Positions 34,775-42,953 are shown, counted from the first letter of the stretch. The stretch is 45,903 bases of DNA from Candidatus Shapirobacteria bacterium (GCA_903825325.1 CAIKAI010000128.1:1-45903), one strand, 5' to 3'. The notes: a model not told the origin generated them from the letters alone. Translations and numbers: made by a program.

Positions 34775-35532
34775 AATTAAGTATTGATATGCCAGATAAA
34801 GTATTTGGAATTGACTCAAGTATGTTGGTGGTATATTTGCCAGTTTTAGGTTTAGTGCTATTGTTAATTGTGAGTATTGGTTTGGTATTTTTGCCAAAAT
34901 GGAACGATTTCCAGAATAACTTGGCATTAGTAAACAGTTTCGACCAACAGAAAAGTGATGCTCAAGCAAAAATTCAATTTTTAAATTCGGTGGATCAGTC
35001 CGAATTGAAGAAAAATTCTCAAGCGATTAGTGAAGCAATTATGCCGCAAAAGAATGCTTATTTTCTGGTGGGAATAGTGAGAAAGATTGCCGATAATTAC
35101 GGTTTTCAAATCGATAGTTTTACGGTAAATCCAGGGATTTTGTCGGGGACCGAGCCAAGTATAGTGACGAAGTTGCCAAGTGCGATTGCGAAGATTCCCG
35201 TGACGATGTCTTTACTGGGGTCATCCGATAAATATTTAGATTTAATAAAGGGAATTGAATCAAGCTTGCCGATTTTATCGATCGAAGATTTTAAAATGCA
35301 AAATGATGGTCAAACCGCCAAGTTAGATTTAACCATTTCCTCGTATTACATAAATAGTAAAGTTAAAGTTGATCCGGCAAAAGTCAGCTTAAGCGATTTG
35401 GCATTGACTAAGTCAGAATCAACAGTATTGTCGACTTTGGGAAACTATACTTATTGGGGTGACAATAATTCGGGAAGTCAAACCGTTTCGAGTTATACCA
35501 ACTACAATCGGACCGATCCGTTTACTCCTTAA
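34771..35532 (+). CDS. PilO-like bitopic membrane protein
   Basis: I take the ATG at 34771 (ATGA overlap). One TM, then a coiled segment and an alpha/beta domain; position follows pilN. Confidence 0.5.
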   Translation: MKLSIDMPDKVFGIDSSMLVVYLPVLGLVLLLIVSIGLVFLPKWNDFQNNLALVNSFDQQKSDAQAKIQFLNSVDQSELKKNSQAISEAIMPQKNAYFLVGIVRKIADNYGFQIDSFTVNPGILSGTEPSIVTKLPSAIAKIPVTMSLLGSSDKYLDLIKGIESSLPILSIEDFKMQNDGQTAKLDLTISSYYINSKVKVDPAKVSLSDLALTKSESTVLSTLGNYTYWGDNNSGSQTVSSYTNYNRTDPFTP

Positions 35533-35755
35533 TATCGAGGGTGTAGTGAACGTTGGGGAAAGACAAATTAAGAATAGTGCGAAGTGATTTGATGATTTTA
35601 CCCTCTTTGCCAATTAATTGACCAATTAGCTCAGGAGCGGCGCTGATTTCCAAAATGGTGACGTCATTTTCTTCACGACTGTTGACGACAATTGAGGACG
35701 AGTCGGTGACAATGGCTTTAACAAGGTAGGTTAGGGTGTCGGTAATGTTGGTCAT
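35522..35755 (-). CDS. KH-domain RNA-binding protein (YlqC/UPF0109 type)
   Basis: 77 aa with the GxxG loop IGKEGKIIKSLRTI, directly downstream of rpsP as in many bacteria. Confidence 0.8.
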   Translation of the reverse strand: MTNITDTLTYLVKAIVTDSSSIVVNSREENDVTILEISAAPELIGQLIGKEGKIIKSLRTILNLSFPNVHYTLDIKE

Positions 35756-36096
35756 TATGCCTGGGTAACTTCTACTGGTTCTTCTTTAACTTCTTCTACT
35801 TTAGCTTCCTCAACTTTAGCCACTTCAACTTTAGCTTCTTTAACGGGTTTGACTTTGACTGGTCGGGGATGTTTAGCTGGATTGATAATTTTATCAACGC
35901 CAAGAGTAACTTGAGCGCCTTTTTTGACCCATTCGGCTAATTTAACCAGATCAATTTGGACAGTTTTGGTTTGAGGGGTAATAAATCCAAGATCGGCGAC
36001 GACCTGGCCATTAAATTTGCTTCTGGCTTCGGCGACGACAACTCGAAAGGTTCGTTGATGTTTTTTCCCTTTGGGGAATAATTTGATTTTCAGCAT
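35755..36096 (-). CDS. rpsP: 30S ribosomal protein S16 with Lys/Glu-rich C-terminal extension
   Basis: MLKIKLFPKGKKHQRTFRVVVAEARSKFNGQVVADLGFITP. I take the ATG at 36096, not the track start at 36138. Confidence 0.9.
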   Translation of the reverse strand: MLKIKLFPKGKKHQRTFRVVVAEARSKFNGQVVADLGFITPQTKTVQIDLVKLAEWVKKGAQVTLGVDKIINPAKHPRPVKVKPVKEAKVEVAKVEEAKVEEVKEEPVEVTQA

Positions 36097-36103
36097 AGGA
36101 TGG

Positions 36104-36109
36104 ATTATA
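36104..36109 (-). promoter_or_regulatory. -10 box TATAAT, 7 nt upstream of the rpsP ATG (leaderless-type)
   Basis: Minus strand reads ctgTATAATccatcctATG. Confidence 0.45.
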
Positions 36110-36148
36110 CAGCAAAAAGTCCAAAACCCAAAGCCCAAAATCCAAACA

Positions 36149-36841
36149 TTATGAACTTAGTTTGGCCGTGGCAGCAATGGCGGCTGATTCTTCGGCTTTT
36201 TGCTTGGAATTGCCAGTTCCTGTGGCAATAAGCTCGGAATCAATATATGCCCCAACTTCAAAGGTTTTTTGATGGTCGGGACCTGATTCGGAGATTGTTA
36301 GATAATGGGGAGTGACTCCCCTTTTGGACTGAGCAATTTCTTGAAATTGACTTTTGGGATCCTTAAATATTTTTTGCTGAGAAATAAGAGTAATGCTCGG
36401 AGTTAAAAATTTTTTTAGGAACTTGTCGACGGCTTTGTTACCGGAATCAAGATAAATGGCACCGATGACACTTTCAAAGGTGTCAGCAAGTATTGAAAGA
36501 TTGGTGCGACCATGATGGGTCTCTTCACCGCGACTAAGTTGAATGTACTCGCCTAAACCAAGGTTGGTAGCAATTTTGGCCAAATTTTCGGTACAAACTA
36601 CAAGCGAACGGAGATTGGTGAGGACGCCTTCGCTAAATTGAGGAAAAAGGCTAAAAAGTTTTTCGGTGGCCCAAAGTTCTAGGACGGCATCACCGAGAAA
36701 TTCGTAGCGTTCATTACTCTGGAGATGACTATCTTTATTTTCATTAAGGTAGGATCGATGAATAAGTGCTTGAAAAAGTTTAGACTCGTCTTTGAACTTG
36801 ATATCAATCTTGGTTTGGAGTTGGAGGAGTTGTGGATTCAT
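36149..36841 (-). CDS. rnc: ribonuclease III
   Basis: Signature ERYEFLGDAVLE plus a C-terminal dsRBD. I take the ATG at 36841 (MNPQLLQLQ...); the longer track ORF overlaps nusB. Confidence 0.9.
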   Translation of the reverse strand: MNPQLLQLQTKIDIKFKDESKLFQALIHRSYLNENKDSHLQSNERYEFLGDAVLELWATEKLFSLFPQFSEGVLTNLRSLVVCTENLAKIATNLGLGEYIQLSRGEETHHGRTNLSILADTFESVIGAIYLDSGNKAVDKFLKKFLTPSITLISQQKIFKDPKSQFQEIAQSKRGVTPHYLTISESGPDHQKTFEVGAYIDSELIATGTGNSKQKAEESAAIAATAKLSS

Positions 36842-37193
36842 GAGGTTGATTAATGATACCGCCGAGACAGCCATTGATAAAGGCGGAGCTGGTATCGGTG
36901 CCAAATTCTTTAGCCATTTCAACTGCTTCGTCGATAACCACCTTGGGTGGGGCTTTGTTAACGAATTTTATTTCCCAAATTGCACAGCGAAGAATTGCTA
37001 AATCAACTTTATTGATTTTTTCGAGTGGCCATTTGGGGGCGATTTGAGAAATAACGGCGTTAATATCGGTTAAATGATTTATTACTTCGAGGGAATCAGG
37101 GGTTGATGGATCAGGATTACCGACATCGTAGGCAAAAATAGCCTGCATGTTTTTGATTCTACGGAGATGTCGGGGATCTTGATGACTTTTCAC
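36804..37193 (-). CDS. nusB: transcription antitermination factor NusB
   Basis: RRIKNMQAIFAYD...DLAILRCAIWEI...VVIDEAVEMAKEFG. The start codon is GTG. Confidence 0.85.
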   Translation of the reverse strand: MKSHQDPRHLRRIKNMQAIFAYDVGNPDPSTPDSLEVINHLTDINAVISQIAPKWPLEKINKVDLAILRCAIWEIKFVNKAPPKVVIDEAVEMAKEFGTDTSSAFINGCLGGIINQPHESTTPPTPNQD

Positions 37194-37203
37194 AGCTGTT
37201 GGC

Positions 37204-37216
37204 CCGCCAAAGGCGG
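37204..37216 (-). promoter_or_regulatory. GC hairpin CCGCC-ttt-GGCGG between rpmF and nusB
   Basis: It lies in the 32-nt spacer and has no U-tract. It could be a processing or attenuation site. Confidence 0.3.
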
Positions 37217-37225
37217 ATCAGATAT

Positions 37226-37381
37226 TTATAATTGCTGACAATTAGGACATTGGAAGCCAACCAATTTAGGTTGACCACAATGTTTACACAAAATTGGCTT
37301 TTGGATGGTTGGTCCGGTGTGAGTGGCGCGGCGTCGGCCTTGACGGCGACTAGAGGGCCAATGTTTAGGTACTGCTGTCAT
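37226..37381 (-). CDS. rpmF: 50S ribosomal protein L32
   Basis: The ORF is not in the track (51 aa): MTAVPKHWPSSRRQGRRRATHTGPTIQKPILCKHCGQPKLVGFQCPNCQQL. It has the L32 N-terminal motif and a CxxC...CxxC zinc ribbon. Confidence 0.85.
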   Translation of the reverse strand: MTAVPKHWPSSRRQGRRRATHTGPTIQKPILCKHCGQPKLVGFQCPNCQQL

Positions 37382-37389
37382 ATGGGGAT

Positions 37390-37395
37390 ATTATA
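37390..37395 (-). promoter_or_regulatory. -10 box TATAAT, 8 nt upstream of the rpmF ATG
   Basis: Minus strand reads tgcTATAATatccccatATG. Confidence 0.4.
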
Positions 37396-37400
37396 GCAGA

Positions 37401-38084
37401 TTATTTATACTTGTCTTTATCCCAATTTTTTGGATTATTTATGATGTATTGTCGAATGATCCAGAATCTTTTTTCTGTGCGAATTATTTTATCATAAAAT
37501 TTTGTTTGCCAAATTTTTTTATGAAATTTAGGCCAATCGTTTTCTCTGACATTTTTAATATATTCGTTAGTGGACATGGTTTTAAACCATTGAATGGCAT
37601 GCCCAATCATTCCGACGTTACCGAATTTTGTAGGAACGGACCCGTGTGTCCGTTCCTCGCCTAAAGGTATTTTATGATTGATAATTAATATTCCGTGAAT
37701 GTGGTTGGGCATGACCACAAATTCATTTAATGAAATCGCCGGAAATTTTTCAGGAATCTTGATCCACCATTTTTTACAAATTTCACCAAATTCGGTAAAT
37801 TTAATTGTTTGAGACGAACGGATATCCGCCAAAGGCGGACATGCGCGTACCGTTCCTACGGATGGTGAACTTAACGACGAACGGACACACGGGTCCGTTC
37901 CTACGGATGGTGAACTTAACGACGAACGGACACACGGGTCCGTTCCTACAATAATATTTGATAGAATTTTTTGTCTGTCTTGGCAACAAATTGTAATAAA
38001 ATAATATCCATTTGACGAATAATCCCATCCAGGTAATCGAAATTGTTTTTCTAATTTGAATGGAAATAGAACAAATTGACCCAT
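37401..38084 (-). CDS. REP-associated tyrosine transposase-like protein (RAYT, IS200/IS605 Y1 HUH fold) carrying in-frame palindromic insertions
   Basis: YYFITICCQDR beta-strand, HUH motif VVMPNHIHGILI, catalytic Tyr context WQTKFYDKIIR and RQYIINNPKNW tail. A GC-rich insert encodes VGTDPCVRSSLSSPS twice. Confidence 0.8.
   Translation of the reverse strand: MGQFVLFPFKLEKQFRLPGWDYSSNGYYFITICCQDRQKILSNIIVGTDPCVRSSLSSPSVGTDPCVRSSLSSPSVGTVRACPPLADIRSSQTIKFTEFGEICKKWWIKIPEKFPAISLNEFVVMPNHIHGILIINHKIPLGEERTHGSVPTKFGNVGMIGHAIQWFKTMSTNEYIKNVRENDWPKFHKKIWQTKFYDKIIRTEKRFWIIRQYIINNPKNWDKDKYK
37633..37656. repeat. GC-rich palindrome GGAACGGAC-N6-GTCCGTTCC inside the RAYT gene (orientation 1)
   Basis: ggaacggacccgtgtgtccgttcc; 9-bp stem. 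It encodes EERTHGSVP. Confidence 0.85.
37851..37948. repeat. perfect 45-nt tandem repeat (2.2 copies) inside the RAYT gene, each unit carrying the palindrome in orientation 2
   Basis: The unit cgttcctacggatggtgaacttaacgacgaacggacacacgggtc occurs at 37851-37895 and 37896-37940, with a partial third copy. Hairpins gaacggac-acacgg-gtccgttc lie at 37879-37900 and 37924-37945. Confidence 0.9.
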
Positions 38085-40046
38085 TTAATTTGTGGCCGTA
38101 ATTGTCGAATGATGATGAATTAACTTGGTGAAATCAAACTGGGGATGGGTTTTTTGGATGTTTTTAATTATTTGTTGACCGAGATTAATAAGGGTATAGT
38201 CGGAAAGATTGGCAATTTTCAATGAAGGGAAGCCGTGCTGAATTAAGGAGAACATTTCTCCAGGACCTCGGGTTTTAAGATCATAGTCGGCGATTTTTTG
38301 GCCGTCGGTCGTGGTACAGAGCATTTTTAAACGATCAATAGCTTTTTCATTTTCAGATTCTGTAAATAAATAACAAAAGCTTTGATCGACTCCCCTACCC
38401 ACCCGGCCACGAAGTTGGTGAAGTTGGGCTAATCCGTAACGATCGGCGGATTGAATAATCATGGTGGTGGCATTAGGAAAATCGATGCCGACTTCAATAA
38501 TCGGGGTGGTAACTAATATATTAATTTTATTTTTCTTAAATTGGTCGAGAATATTGTCTCGGTCGTTTGGCTTTATTTTGCCATGGATTAGAGCTAATTT
38601 CAGATTTGGAAAGACGTCGGCTTGGAGATGTTCAAATAATTCACGGGCCGATTTGACCGAGGTCAAAGTTTCTGATGGTTCAATAAAGGGACAAACTATA
38701 AATGCTTGCTGTTGAGTGGTGTTGATGTGCGTCTCAAGCCATTGATAACAATTGGTGTATTTGTTCTCAGGGACTAAAAAAGTTTTGATGGGTAAGCGAT
38801 GACTGGGTAAAGAATCTAAAACTGAGAGATCGAGATTGCCCATAATGGTTAAACTAACGGTGCGCGGAATGGGGGTGGCGGTCATAGTTAAGCAGTGGGG
38901 CGGGTGGAGTGAGTCAATTAAAAAAGTTCGTTGTTCGACGCCAAATTTATGTTGTTCATCGACAATTAAAAGGTCAACTTTGGCGGCAAATAATTCTTTC
39001 TGATAAATGGCGGCATGGGTGGCGATAATAATTGATCCAGCGGAAAGTCGGGTTAACTTGGTACTGGCTGACAAAAACTTAATGGGTATTTTTAATAATT
39101 TTTTGAAAGTGGCTAAATGTTGACGGGCAAGAATCTCGGTGGGGGCAATTAAAAGCGAGGTGGATTTATTAATATGAGCCAGTAAACAGGCTAAAATAGC
39201 AATAACGGTTTTGCCGGAACCGACGTCACCCTGGAGTAAACGGTTGCTGGGAGTGGTCGAAAGTAAATCCAGTTTAATTTCACCCCAAGCTTTAATCTGA
39301 GCAGGGGTTAATTTAAATGGAAGGGTGGTAATAAATTGGTCAATTTCAACTGAATCAGTAAATATTTGATGGGGAGTTTTGCTGGCCCATGATTGTTTAT
39401 TAATCAATGATTGGCATTGCAGTGATAAAATCTCGTCGAGACCGAGGCGGGTGGTGGCTAACTCCAATTTTTTTAGATTTGTAGGTTGGTGGATTTCCTG
39501 CAGTGCAGTTTTTAAATCAATTAAATTTGGTTGAGTTGGGAGTGGATCAAAAACGTTATTTAGAAGTGTCTGGAGTTGGGTGGAGAAAAAAGTCCGAAAC
39601 CAACCGCTGGATAATCCTGAAGTTTGTGGGTATATCGCGATGATTTTGCCGGTATTTGCTTGACCACTGATGGCGCCAATAATGGTTTTTTTGTTTTGGT
39701 AGAGGGAAACTGTCCCGGCAAAACTATAGTTTTGCCCGACCGAAAAGTTTTTGGAAAGATAGGGTTGGTTAAACCAGATTAAATTAATTTGACCGGTAGC
39801 ATCAACGACCGTGGCGGTTTGAATATTTTTATGACTGCGGGTAAAGACATTATTAAATTTTAACAACTTACCAGTAATGGTGGCGTTAGTATTGACTTCA
39901 AGATTGGATATGGCCGAAACATGGGAAAAATCGATATAGCGGCTGGGAAAATGATACAGCAGGTCAAGTGAAGAAAAGATATTTAATCGGTTTAATTTCT
40001 CAATCGTCTTGGGACCGAGACGGGGAAGCGAGGTAAGTTCTAACAT
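38085..40046 (-). CDS. recG: ATP-dependent DNA helicase RecG
   Basis: N-terminal wedge/OB region, GDVGSGKT, DEQHKFG and helicase C motifs (QLRGRVGRG). I take the ATG at 40046. The stop abuts the RAYT start with 0 nt between them. Confidence 0.9.
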   Translation of the reverse strand: MLELTSLPRLGPKTIEKLNRLNIFSSLDLLYHFPSRYIDFSHVSAISNLEVNTNATITGKLLKFNNVFTRSHKNIQTATVVDATGQINLIWFNQPYLSKNFSVGQNYSFAGTVSLYQNKKTIIGAISGQANTGKIIAIYPQTSGLSSGWFRTFFSTQLQTLLNNVFDPLPTQPNLIDLKTALQEIHQPTNLKKLELATTRLGLDEILSLQCQSLINKQSWASKTPHQIFTDSVEIDQFITTLPFKLTPAQIKAWGEIKLDLLSTTPSNRLLQGDVGSGKTVIAILACLLAHINKSTSLLIAPTEILARQHLATFKKLLKIPIKFLSASTKLTRLSAGSIIIATHAAIYQKELFAAKVDLLIVDEQHKFGVEQRTFLIDSLHPPHCLTMTATPIPRTVSLTIMGNLDLSVLDSLPSHRLPIKTFLVPENKYTNCYQWLETHINTTQQQAFIVCPFIEPSETLTSVKSARELFEHLQADVFPNLKLALIHGKIKPNDRDNILDQFKKNKINILVTTPIIEVGIDFPNATTMIIQSADRYGLAQLHQLRGRVGRGVDQSFCYLFTESENEKAIDRLKMLCTTTDGQKIADYDLKTRGPGEMFSLIQHGFPSLKIANLSDYTLINLGQQIIKNIQKTHPQFDFTKLIHHHSTITATN

Positions 40047-40053
40047 GCACTTT

Positions 40054-40063
40054 ATGTTATCAT
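40054..40063. promoter_or_regulatory. quasi-palindromic AT box readable as an extended -10 on both strands
   Basis: Minus strand: TGaTAACAT, 7 nt before the recG ATG. Plus strand: TGtTATCAT, 5 nt before the ATG at 40069. Confidence 0.35.
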
Positions 40064-40068
40064 TTGTT

Positions 40069-40191
40069 ATGAAAATCGGGGCTTTAAAAATCAAGAATAA
40101 AGATATTCAAAAAGGTATATTAATATTGGCTATGTCAGCCTTACTTTTAGGGAGTTTGGTGCCATTCTTAAGTACCTTGGTAACTAAATGA
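40069..40191 (+). CDS. possible 40-aa small membrane protein translationally coupled to PBP1A
   Basis: MKIGALKIKNKDIQKGILILAMSALLLGSLVPFLSTLVTK has a basic head and one TM. Its stop overlaps the PBP ATG as ATGA, and an extended -10 lies 5 nt upstream. Confidence 0.35.
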   Translation: MKIGALKIKNKDIQKGILILAMSALLLGSLVPFLSTLVTK

Positions 40192-42890
40192 GAGAAAAAA
40201 TTATTTTATATTGGGAAAGAATTTGGCTGTTAATAAAAAATTGGAGTATGGATGCATTTGATAAAGCGAAAAAATATAAATTTACAATGCCGGGACGAAG
40301 ATGGTGGTATCGGTTTTTTATTGTTGTTTTGGTACTAATTGCCTGTGGATATATTTCGATTTTTATTTTATTTGCCTGGTTTTCTAAAGATTTACCAACT
40401 CCCAACAAAGTGGTCCGGCGTGACGGATTTTCTACTAAAATCTATGACCGTAATGGTCAATTACTTTACGATGTTTACAAAGATGCCAAGCGATCGCCGG
40501 TAGTATGGGAAGATGTACCTGACGGCTTAAAAAATGCCACGGTGGCAGTGGAAGATAAAGATTTTTATAAACACCAGGGATTTGATCCGTTAACGCCATT
40601 TAGAATAATTAAAAATTATATTGTGTTGCACCAGTTAACAGGTGGCTCAACATTAACCCAACAGTTGGTTAAAAACGTTTTACTAACTTCTGATAGAACA
40701 GTAACCCGAAAAATCAAAGAATTCATTTTAGCGGTACAAATTGAGGCTAAATACAAGAAGAGTGAAATTTTACTGATGTACTTAAACGAAGCACCATATG
40801 GCGGCTCGGCCTGGGGGGTAGGGACAGCGGCGGACCAATATTTTGGCAAGCCGGTAAAGGATTTGGATTTGGCAGAATGTGTTATTTTAGCTGGATTACC
40901 ACAACGACCAAATGTTTACTCACCTTTTTCTAAAACCCCCACCGCTTATATTGACCGAACGACCCATGTGTTACAACGGATGGTCGAGGATGGCTATATT
41001 AATGATGAGACGCGAAAAAAGGCTCTGGAAGAGGTAAAAAACTATAAATTTGCTATAAATACCACCCAACTAGAAGCTCCACATTTTGTGTTTTGGATTC
41101 GAGATCAATTGGTAGCCAAATATGGCCAAGATATGGTCGATGGTGGTGGTTTAAAGGTAACCACGACTTTGGATTTGAATTTACAAAGAGGTGTTCAACA
41201 AATTGTATCTGACGAAATTACCAAGGCAGAAAAATTGGGAATTAGCAATGGGGCGGCAGTAGTAATTGACCCAACTAATGGTCAAATATTGGCGATGGTG
41301 GGGTCAAGGGATTACAATAATGATGCAGTTGGCGGGAAGTTTAATGTGGTGACTCAAGGTTTGCGCCAGCCGGGATCGTCGATTAAGCCAGTAACCTATT
41401 TAACGGCGATTAAAAAAGGCTGGACTGCCGCAAGTATGGTAGTCGATGCACCAGTGACTTTTGCCGGAACTGGTGGTCAGAAAGATTATAGTCCACAAAA
41501 TTATACTGGCAAATTTAATGGACCGATGTCTTTGGCGTCGGCTTTAGGTAATTCAATTAATACTGTGGCAGTGAAAACTTTGGCAAATGTAGGATTAAAA
41601 GATATGCTGCAACAGTCATTTGATATGGGGTTGACGACATTGGAGCCAACAGCCACTAATTTATCAAAATATGGTTTTGCGGTGACTTTGGGTGGAGCGG
41701 AAGTAAAAATGATTGACATGGCCACAGCGTATTCCGCTTTTGCTAATGGTGGTAATAAAGTTGATCAAACAGGAATTTTAAAAGTGGAAAATTTAAGTGG
41801 CCAAGTGTTGGAGCAAAACGACCCGATGATGGGTAAGAGTGTGATGACACCACAGCAGGCTTATATTATTTCGGAAATTTTAGCCAATAATGAAAATCGA
41901 ATTTTAACTTTTGGAGCAGTAAATGGACTGATAATTCCTAACTATCAGGTAGCGGTGAAAACTGGTACGACCAATGATAAAAGAGATAACTGGACAATTG
42001 GTTGGACACCAAACTTATTGGTGGATGTGTGGGTGGGAAATAATGACAATACTCCAATGTTAAAGGTGGCTTCAGGTGTATCAGGAGCCAGCCCGATTTG
42101 GAAAAAAATTATGCAATTAATTTTACCGACCAGGCCAAAACAGGATTTTCCGATTCCCGATAAAATTGTGAGCGTCAGTGTGGATAATATTTCAGGCTAT
42201 GCAGCACATGATGGTTTCCCCAGTCATAATGAATATTTTATTGATGGGACCCAGCCAAAGATAGATGATCCGATTCATTTAAAATTGAAGATTTGTAAAA
42301 ATGGCGCCGGGATTGCGCCGCCCGCGGACGTGGCCAACAATAATTTTGATTCTAAAGAGTTTGTCAGATTAAAGGAAGATGATCCGGTGTCAACTGACGG
42401 CGTCAATCGTTGGCAGCAAGGAATTGATGGTTGGATTGCTCAGCAGTCAAATAAAGATTTTTATAATCCGCCGAGTAATTATTGCCGCAATGATGGATCG
42501 GTGTCGGCATCGTTTGACAACCCCAGTGACCAATCAACTGTGGGCAATAATTTTCATGTGAAGATTAGCACTAACTCGTTAAAAAAGATTACTCAAGTCA
42601 AACTGTGGGCCAACGGTAATGAACTTAAGACCTGGACTGATCGGCCGTTTGAAGGCGATTTTAATTTAGGTGATGGCACTTATACTTTAAAGACGGAAGT
42701 CACCGATATTGATGGTGCGGGCTACTCAAAAGAAATTAAGATTGGGGTTAATAAACCCTGGGATTGGTCGCCCTCACCCACTCCGACGATGACACCAGAA
42801 CCTAGCCCAACATCGGCGCCAACGGCGGCACCAACTAGTTCACCAATACCAACAATAGCACCAATTGTGACCCCACTACCGACTAAGTAA
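40188..42890 (+). CDS. class A penicillin-binding protein (GT51 transglycosylase + transpeptidase) with C-terminal Ig-like domain and Pro/Thr tail
   Basis: EDKDFYKHQGFD, GGSTLTQQL and RKIKE (GT51); SSIK and KTGTT (transpeptidase). The tail reads SPSPTPTMTPEPSPTSAPTAAPTSSPIPTIAPIVTPLPTK. Confidence 0.9.
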   Translation: MREKIILYWERIWLLIKNWSMDAFDKAKKYKFTMPGRRWWYRFFIVVLVLIACGYISIFILFAWFSKDLPTPNKVVRRDGFSTKIYDRNGQLLYDVYKDAKRSPVVWEDVPDGLKNATVAVEDKDFYKHQGFDPLTPFRIIKNYIVLHQLTGGSTLTQQLVKNVLLTSDRTVTRKIKEFILAVQIEAKYKKSEILLMYLNEAPYGGSAWGVGTAADQYFGKPVKDLDLAECVILAGLPQRPNVYSPFSKTPTAYIDRTTHVLQRMVEDGYINDETRKKALEEVKNYKFAINTTQLEAPHFVFWIRDQLVAKYGQDMVDGGGLKVTTTLDLNLQRGVQQIVSDEITKAEKLGISNGAAVVIDPTNGQILAMVGSRDYNNDAVGGKFNVVTQGLRQPGSSIKPVTYLTAIKKGWTAASMVVDAPVTFAGTGGQKDYSPQNYTGKFNGPMSLASALGNSINTVAVKTLANVGLKDMLQQSFDMGLTTLEPTATNLSKYGFAVTLGGAEVKMIDMATAYSAFANGGNKVDQTGILKVENLSGQVLEQNDPMMGKSVMTPQQAYIISEILANNENRILTFGAVNGLIIPNYQVAVKTGTTNDKRDNWTIGWTPNLLVDVWVGNNDNTPMLKVASGVSGASPIWKKIMQLILPTRPKQDFPIPDKIVSVSVDNISGYAAHDGFPSHNEYFIDGTQPKIDDPIHLKLKICKNGAGIAPPADVANNNFDSKEFVRLKEDDPVSTDGVNRWQQGIDGWIAQQSNKDFYNPPSNYCRNDGSVSASFDNPSDQSTVGNNFHVKISTNSLKKITQVKLWANGNELKTWTDRPFEGDFNLGDGTYTLKTEVTDIDGAGYSKEIKIGVNKPWDWSPSPTPTMTPEPSPTSAPTAAPTSSPIPTIAPIVTPLPTK

Positions 42891-42894
42891 TAGA

Positions 42895-42952
42895 TTGATA
42901 TATAAATATATCAATAGAATAGGTATAAATTAGTTTGATATATATGCTAGCA
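42895..42952. repeat. AT-rich 3'-flank element, copy B (hairpin TTGATATAT-aa-ATATATCAA plus 34-nt core)
   Basis: Hairpin at 42895-42914; core ataggtataaattagtttgatatatatgctagca at 42919-42952. It ends 1 nt from the M20 gene stop. Confidence 0.8.
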
Positions 42953-42953
42953 G

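Noticed and set aside
35758-35880. The Lys/Glu/Val-rich C-terminal extension of S16 with short actttagc DNA repeats, as a separate functional element.
   Set aside because: It is a low-complexity charged tail of a kind common on ribosomal proteins in reduced genomes. Nothing in the sequence suggests an independent feature.
36842-36922. Longer N-terminal extensions from the ORF track for rnc (36922), rpsP (36138), recG (40094), ORF 9819, pilN (34193), pilO (34741) and the Hint protein (29210).
   Set aside because: The extensions overlap upstream genes or lack family-conserved sequence. The internal ATGs coincide with conserved N-termini and with ATGA coupling or -10 boxes.
37204-37216. The shared 14-mer ccgccaaaggcgga (37204 and 37826) as evidence for another mobile repeat family.
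   Set aside because: By rough estimate, a few random 14-mer matches are expected in a 46-kb window. The two contexts differ, one an intergenic spacer and the other inside the RAYT insert. I kept it only as a hairpin annotation.
37851-37948. Possible CRISPR array or other spacer-repeat structure.
   Set aside because: There are only 2.2 directly abutting identical 45-nt units with no spacers, and the region is read through in frame by the RAYT ORF. No cas genes are present in the window.
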